Assembly (NCBI RefSeq): GCF_009914755.1
Contig: NC_060947.1
From: the human T2T-CHM13v2.0 reference genome, Homo sapiens
Reading direction: 5' to 3' (one strand)
DNA length: 64,000 nucleotides
Part shown: one piece after another, positions 54,891-64,000 of the stretch
Layout of the letters: every line of letters starts with the position of its first letter
How positions within the stretch are numbered: position 1 is the stretch's first letter
Translations under genes and position numbers: made by a program
The notes under the pieces: generated by a model
Database searches by the model: none
What the model saw: only the letters and a program-made list of their open reading frames with translations
What the model was told of the DNA's origin: nothing

Positions 54891-55239
54891 AGAGTGTCTT
54901 TTTTTAAGGAAAACAAGGCACTTATGAAAAACTTGAAGCACTCCAGCTTTTGATACAGCTTTTGTTTCTAAGGCCCCAGCGAAACCCCACACCCAAGTTA
55001 TCACCAACATGTACAGTCACTCCTGTGTTTGAAACTTAATCATTGGAGAGTGGGTAGAAGCTAAAATGAACAAATTACCTGATGTATCTAGAAGCCAAAC
55101 CATCACAGAATCTTTCTTCCCAAATCACTTCCCAGAAGTGTTCAATTTGTGACTGAACACTTCAGTCACAAACAGTGCATGCACCCAAATGTTTTGCTCA
55201 ATATGTTTTGAGTCTAATTCTGTATATTGCTGCTAAAGA

Positions 55240-57229
<1,990 letters not shown>

Positions 57230-57232
<3 letters not shown>

Positions 57233-59305
57233 AAACCCAGAGACTCCACAAGAAAATGGTTAGAACTGATAAACAAATTCAGTAAATTTGCAGAACACAA
57301 AATCAACATAAAAAACTCAGTATCACTTCTATATGCCAACAACAAACAATCTGAATAAAAAAATCAAGAAAGTAGTCCTATTTACAATTGCCAGAAATAA
57401 AATAAAATACCTAGGGTTAAATTTAACCAAAGTGAAAGATCTCTACAATGAAAACTATAAAACATTGATGCAAGAAATTGAAGAGGACACAAAATAATAG
57501 AAAGATATTTCATGTTCATGGATTAGAAGAATCAATATTGTTAAAATGTCCATATTAACCAAAGCAATCTACAGATTCAATGCAATCCCTATCAAAATAC
57601 TAATGCCATTCTTCACAGAAATAGAAAAAAAAATCCTAACATTTATATGGAATCACAAAAGATCCAGAATAGCCAAAATTATCCTGGGCAAAAAGAACAA
57701 AACTGGAGGCATCACATTACCAGACCTCAAATTATATTACAGAGTGTAGTAACCAAAACAGCATAATACTGCCATAAAAACAGACGTATAGACCAATGGA
57801 ACAGAATAGAGAACCCAGAAACAAATCCACACCCCTACAGTGAACTCGTTTTCAACAAAGGTGCCAAGAACATACACTGGGGAAAAGAGTCTCTTCAAAA
57901 AATGGTGCTGGGAAAACTGGATATTCATATGCAGAAGGATGAAACTAGACCCCCATCTCTGACCACATTAATAATCAAATCGAGTGGATTAAAGACTTAA
58001 ATCTAAGACCTCAAATTATGAAACTACTACAAGAAAACATCAGGGAAACTCTCCAGGACATGAGACTGGGCAAAGATTTCTTGAGTAATACCCTGCAAGC
58101 ACAGACAACCAAAGCAAATGTGGACAAATGAGATCACACCAAATTTAAAATCTTCTGCACAGAAAAGGAAACAACCAACAAAGTGAAGAGACAACCCACA
58201 GAATAAGGGAAAATATTTGCAAACTACCCATCTGACAGGGGATTAATAACCAGAATATATAAGGAGCTCATACAACTCAATAGGAAAAAATCTAATAATC
58301 TGATTTTTAAATGGGCAAAAGATCTGAATACATATTTTTCAAAAGAAGATATACAAATGGCAAACAGGTATATGAAAAGATGCTCAACATCATTGATCAT
58401 TGAGAAATGCAGATCAAAACTACAATGAGATATCATCTCACTCCAGTTAGAATGGGTTTTATCCAAAAGACAGGCAATAATAACAAATGCTGGAGAGGAT
58501 GTGGAGAAAAGAAAACCCCTTGTACACTGTTAGTGGAAATGTAAATTAGTACAACCACTATAGAGAATAGCTTGGAGTTTCCTTAAAGAAACTAAAGTAG
58601 GACTACCATAAGGATTCACCAATCCCACCCCTAGATGTATACTCAAATGAAAGGAAATCAGTATGTTGAAGTGATATCTGCACTCCCGTGTTTATTGCAG
58701 CACTATTCACAATAGCCAAGATTTGGAAGCAACCTATGTGTCCATCAACAGATGAATGGAAAAAGAAAATGTGGTGTATATACACAATGGAGTACTATTC
58801 AGCCATAAAAAGAATGACATTCTTTCATTTGCAACAACACGGATGGAACTGGAAATCATTATGTTAAGTGAAATAAGCCAGGCATAAAAAAGACAAACTT
58901 TGCATGTTTTCACTCATTTGTGGGAGCTAAAAATTAAAAATAATTGAACTCATGGAGATGGAGAGTAGAAGGATGGTTCCTGAGGCTGGGAAGGGTAGTC
59001 ACAAGGGAGTGGGGATGGTTAATGGGTACAAAAATATAGTTAGATAGAATGAATAAGATCTAGTATTTGATAACACAGCAGGGTGACTACAGTCAACGTA
59101 ATTTATTGTACATTTCAAAATCACTAAAAGAGTATCATTGGATTGTCTGTAACACAAAGAAATGGTGAATGCTTGAGCTGATGATTACCCCATTTACCCT
59201 GATGTGGCTATTATGCATTGTATGCCTAATGTATCAAAATATCTCATGTACCCTATAAATATATACACCCACTATGTACCCACAAAATTTAAAAATAAAA
59301 AAATT
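57230..59305 (+). mobile_element. 5'-truncated L1MA (L1MA2/3-like)
   Basis: ORF2 text from GAAAAACCCAGAGACTCCACAAG through the L1MA 3'UTR and A-rich tail. Confidence 0.88.
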
Positions 59306-59628
59306 AAACATTTTTTAGAGACAATATATAGGTAGTTATATGGATTTTTGTATAGATATAGATTTAGTTGATAAATACTAACTACCCAACTTTGTGTGAT
59401 TTGCCTACGGTGTGACTGCATTATCTCTTGGGAATCATCAGGAGAGGAAGTATCTTAGAAGCTAGTCTGTAAGGTAGAATGCAGAAACTCTGACTTTTGA
59501 GGGAGAAAATGACGCCTTTCCCTTGACCTGGAAGGTAAGTCTATGGTAAACTGTGTGGGTAAATTAAGAATTTTGGCTTGGTCCCAGCTACTCGGGCACA
59601 ATTCTCTCAGAACTGGGGTCATGTTATT

Positions 59629-60002
59629 TGTGATGGTTTTTCTGATGTGTCACCTTGGGTAGGCTACAGTTTCCAGTTATTTAATCAAACACTAAATGCT
59701 GCTGTAAAGAGAGTTTTTAAATATAATTAAAGGCTATAATCAGCTGAATCTAGGTGAGGGAGATTATCCTGGTTAATTTGGGTTGGCCTGATTCAATCTG
59801 TTGGAAGGCCTTAAAAGCAGGGTTGAGGTTTCCCTGAGAGAGAAGAAATTCCACCTATGGATTTCAGCTTCAGCCTGTGCCTATGAATTCCAAGTTGTCC
59901 AAGACTTTTCCTTCCTGACTGCCTGCCATACCAACTTGTTTAGCCAGACCTCACAATTGCCAATTCCATGCAATAAACAGATAGATAGATGATAGATAGA
60001 TA

Positions 60003-60048
<46 letters not shown>

Positions 60049-60134
60049 GGAGAAAGAGAGAGATAGGTAAGATATAGATATAGATACAGATATCCTACCA
60101 ATACTGCTTCTGTAATTGAGTTCTTACTAATACA
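59629..60134 (+). mobile_element. MLT2 (MLT2D-like) ERVL solo LTR
   Basis: TGTGATGGTT...TGTGTCACCTTGG start, CTAATACA end, and internal simple repeat at the usual MLT2 position. Confidence 0.85.
59979..60092 (+). repeat. Compound (AGAT)n STR with a perfect (AGAT)11 at 60005-60048
   Basis: Directly visible. Confidence 0.97.
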
Positions 60135-61769
60135 CTCTGCAAAGGCAATTGAACTAGGGTGTTTCTACCGGTAAGATGCTAGGGCCCCAGAGGAGGGTTT
60201 CGAATTGTGTCTATACAAACCATAGGTGGTGCATCATCTCCTTGATTGAGGTTGACCACTTCAAGGCAGTTGAATGTATGTTTGGAAAAATGAAAGCTAG
60301 CAGGGATTTAGTAACTTGTAGAATTCTTAAACTCTGGAAAGCAGGAGAAAAGAAAGCCTCAGCAAATATACTGATGTTGCAGAGGTTGGAGACAAGGCTT
60401 TGGCAAAAGAATGGAGAGGAGCAAATCAGATTTGTTTAGATCAAGTGAGAGTAGGAACTGTCTGAAATAGAATACTTCCATGGAAACATGAATGGCACTG
60501 GAATCCTGAAGTCCTCCACAGATTCTCACTTTTATCAGAATTAGTTTGTGAGGAGGATAGAAAGGAAGCAGCATGAAAGGCTTGCAGTAGTGAAGGTGAC
60601 TAAGTCTTATATCATGAGCAGAAACATTTAGGGCAAACACCCAGGACCTAGGGAAGTACTGTTGTGGTCCTCCCATGGGAGGGAATGTGGAGACAAGTAG
60701 GTCAGCTGTAGCCACTGGGAAAACCACCTGAGAGCATGTAGAAAGCTACTGGGAATAGAGGCACATCAGAAAAAGGCCACAAAACCTTCTGTAGTGAGGA
60801 AACTTGGCACTGAGAAGGATAGGCTTAACAAAGGATAGGCTGACTTCATGTACCGCCGTGGGCAACATGGAAGCCAAGATAGAATGAAGGCTGTGTTTTG
60901 CAGTATTGGATGGTGGATAGTAGTGACTATAATTGTCCAATACTTTCTATGAATAGCCCTTGACCATCTCCCACAATCATCTATTAGCTGGTGGAGTTAC
61001 TTTACCTCCTCCAGCCTCTTTTCTCCTCAGTAAAATGGAGATAACAATAGTCTGTTTCCTAGGAATGTTGTAATGGCCTTATGAGAGGATGTATGCAAAG
61101 TGCTTCAGTCAGCTGCTCACATTTCATGAAGTATATAAGGTATTTCAGGCTTCCATGTCTTTTCTGGTTGTTCCTTCTACATGGTAGGAGAACATTCCCA
61201 CATCTGGCCTCAACCTTCTCAGACCCAACTAGAAAATTCTTCAGCATGTTTCAAGGCTGAAATTAAGGGTCCTCCCTCCATGAGCCCTTCCTTGATGGTC
61301 CTATTAGGCATAGCTGACCACTCTCATTCGGTGAACAGTCAAACAAGCTTCTATAGATGTCTTGGGGGGATTCAGTGAAGAGCATAAAAAGTTCACGCCA
61401 ATCCAGGCTCTGGATTCCTTGTCTCCCATCCAGGATGCTCCAATTCCTGACTGCTACTGCTTTTCAAGTGAATTATACTGGAATGGCAACCAGCCTACGT
61501 TAAAGATTTGTTTAAAGCCATGGCCAGTTGCAGAATAGACTAAATGCATCATTTAACTGTAAGTAAGAAAACCCCAGCATGGCCCCCTAAGGGATCAGTG
61601 CAGAGACACGCCTCTGTTTTATCTGTCTTGGAACCTTTTCAGGGCTGCAGCAGCCTTCTGAAAAGAGTTTGATGAATTAATTTCAAAGCAAATATATTAC
61701 TCTTAGCTATCTAGTGCAAGGGATAATAGATGGGGCAAGCAATAGACAAATCAAAAAAGCCTGGGAAAT

Positions 61770-62376
61770 AAGAGGCTAGGGGAAAAGATAGAAAGGAGAA
61801 CGAGGGCTTTGTAAAGCTTCTGAGTACATTAAGGACTCTATAAGCCCGTGCACTTGCCTGGGAATGGATGGATACTCAAAGAAGACCTGAGAAGACCTTG
61901 ATCTTTCACCTATGGCTGACATTTAAGCTCTGCACAAGCATATAGTGTAGGCTAGGTCAGAAATGTAATACAGAGTCAATCTACTATTTTTATTTTTGTC
62001 TCCTAGCATGCAAGGAAATCTCGGTCTTATTATTAGTGGACCACTAAGCTAACAGAACAAAGACTTTAGTGAACACACATAACAAAGAATAGAGTCTTTA
62101 AAAATGTTTCTAAAAGTCACCAAACAAAAGAACAAACAAACCTACAACCCACAATAAGCAGTAACAACAAGCCCTGGAGAGAGATAATCTGATTCCCTGA
62201 GTTACTGCATTATAATGTTTTAGACGTTCAATTTTCATCAAAAATATGTAATGCCTGCAAAGAAATTAAAAACTATGACTCAAGCACAGGAAGAAAAAGA
62301 ACAGGTACTGTCCCTGAGGAAGTCTGAATGTGCTTCTTACTAGACAAAAGACATTAAATCTTACTAGACAAAAGAC
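61770..62376 (+). mobile_element. Old L1M 5'UTR fragment
   Basis: Resembles the L1 5'UTR at 22960-23300 (CCTGAGAAGA..., AATCTGATT...TAGACAAA). Ends in a tandem copy of TCTTACTAGACAAAAGAC. Confidence 0.7.
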
Positions 62377-62659
62377 CAGGTGCCTCACCTGGGGATCCTG
62401 AGGCCTTTATGTCCCCACTACTATTAAAATAGACCTGTCTTGGGATCCCTTTCCTTTAACAATACTTCCTGCTTTCTAATCCATATTGCTAACTTAACCT
62501 GACCACTATAGTTCTCATTGAAAGTTGATTGGCATTCTACTTTGTAAATCAATCCTTGGTAAGTTTGGCTTAACTCTTGGCTCTTGCAAATGTGTTCATG
62601 ACTCTGAAAAGCTGAAGACCAGCCCTTAGACATGGTAACTGAGCAGATTCTGAACATAT

Positions 62660-63350
62660 CTCTAACTGCCTATGGCACACTCAAATATAAAAACTCAAAA
62701 TGTCCCAAGTTGAACTTGTCTTTTCTTAAAAAAAAAAAAAAATCCCTCCTTCTTTCTTTGTTCCCTCTCTTGAATGGTGTCACCATCATATACCTAGAAA
62801 GTCAGAAGACATCTCTGAGTCAGCTGCATCCCACTTCCCCAGGAAAAACAGTTAAGACAGACTTCACTTCTTATAGTTTCAAAAATCCATCCCACACTTC
62901 ATCCTCATCAGCCTTAACTTGGTTTGGATACACTTTATGTTCCCCTATGTCACTGCAAGTTTTTTGTTACTGTCCCTGTTTCCAGGTTTTCACCCACATC
63001 TCCACCAATGCTAAATTTATCCTCCTCATCCCAGGTAAGGTGATCCATAGAAAACATAAATATGACCACGCCACTCCCCTCTCCAATATACTTCAACAAA
63101 GAATATCAACTTATGATAAAGTTTGAATTCTAAGACCCATTAAAATCTAATTGCTGCCCTTACACCACTTGTTCTCCCTCTCTTCCACCTGAGGATCTCA
63201 CAACCTGATATATCCTCCACTGCTGACAGAGTGATGTACTCTCCACACAACCTAACCTTATCCTTCCTCTTTCAGTCCTTCTTCCCACCATGAACATATC
63301 CTCATTTCACCTGCTGTCTTCAGGATAAAGTTCAAACTCCTTTATCCCTC
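62660..63350 (+). mobile_element. L2 LINE fragment(s)
   Basis: CTCAAAT...TGTCCCAAGTTGAACT, TGACCACGCCACTCCCCT and AGGATAAAGTTCAAACTCCT motifs typical of L2. Confidence 0.6.
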
Positions 63351-64000
63351 TGATGTTAGTGTTTGCTACACCTCCAACTTGGCTGGATTATAGATATGGT
63401 CACAAAGGCAGATGAAGAAGGGCATACTAAGCAAACTCAGGAAATGAGCTAGTCATTAATGTCAGGCAGACACTGGCAGTGGGGAAAGGAAAGAATATGA
63501 ACAACTGAAATTCTTCCCAGAATGACTGTAGATAAAATAAGGGAGCAGAAAAGTTATCAAAACCATAGGCTGGAACCATATAGTGAAGGAATGAACTGTG
63601 ACCATCACATTCGTTACTCTAAAAGCATAATAAGTGGAAATTAATGATATAAAAGTAATAATTGATAACAATTAATATTACATATTGAATTCGTATAAAT
63701 TAGCAATAGTACTAGTATGAACAATTAATATTTATATAAGGATGATCTTCAGTCATCAGGAAAGGGTACATTATTTTCAGGGTACTTAGTTTAAGAAGCA
63801 GAGGTCACATGTAATTCTTTAAATTCCTATGAAAGAAGTATTAAAAGTTTGGGTGCTCAAAGCTGACACTGACAAGTAAAATGTATATATACATAATATA
63901 TATAATAGTATATATATCATATATAGATAATATATACATATATTGCAATTCAATCCCAAAAGATGCTCGGTACACGCAACTAAGATACTTAAAACATATG

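Noticed and set aside
54899-54905. T run as the poly-A tail of the WDR4 retrocopy
   Set aside because: It fits better as part of the L1PB1 target-site duplication, and no poly(A) signal lies at the expected distance.

Overview
Primate (most likely human) genomic DNA, dense in repeats (L1, Alu, MaLR/ERV LTRs, MIR, L2, MER). The content matches my recollection of Xq26.3 around SMIM10L2A. One intact protein-coding gene is supported: a CpG-island gene encoding the 78-aa SMIM10L2 microprotein (13875-14111, +). The window also holds a 5S rRNA retro-pseudogene, a full-length processed CROCC (rootletin) pseudogene inside an old L1, a processed WDR4 pseudogene joined head-to-head to an L1MA fragment, and an ERVL pol relic. 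Three intron-separated CT55 (CXorf48)-like exons lie on the minus strand and are missed by the ORF track; two of them are still open with intact splice sites. I found no CRISPR-like or other new multi-gene system. The best leads are the CT55-like gene remnant, a probable NMD-triggering 3'UTR intron in SMIM10L2A, an L1 3' transduction, a 61-bp inverted templated insertion and the WDR4/L1 chimera. Homology and subfamily calls come from recognition and memory, not database searches. Repeat boundaries without a stated TSD are approximate.
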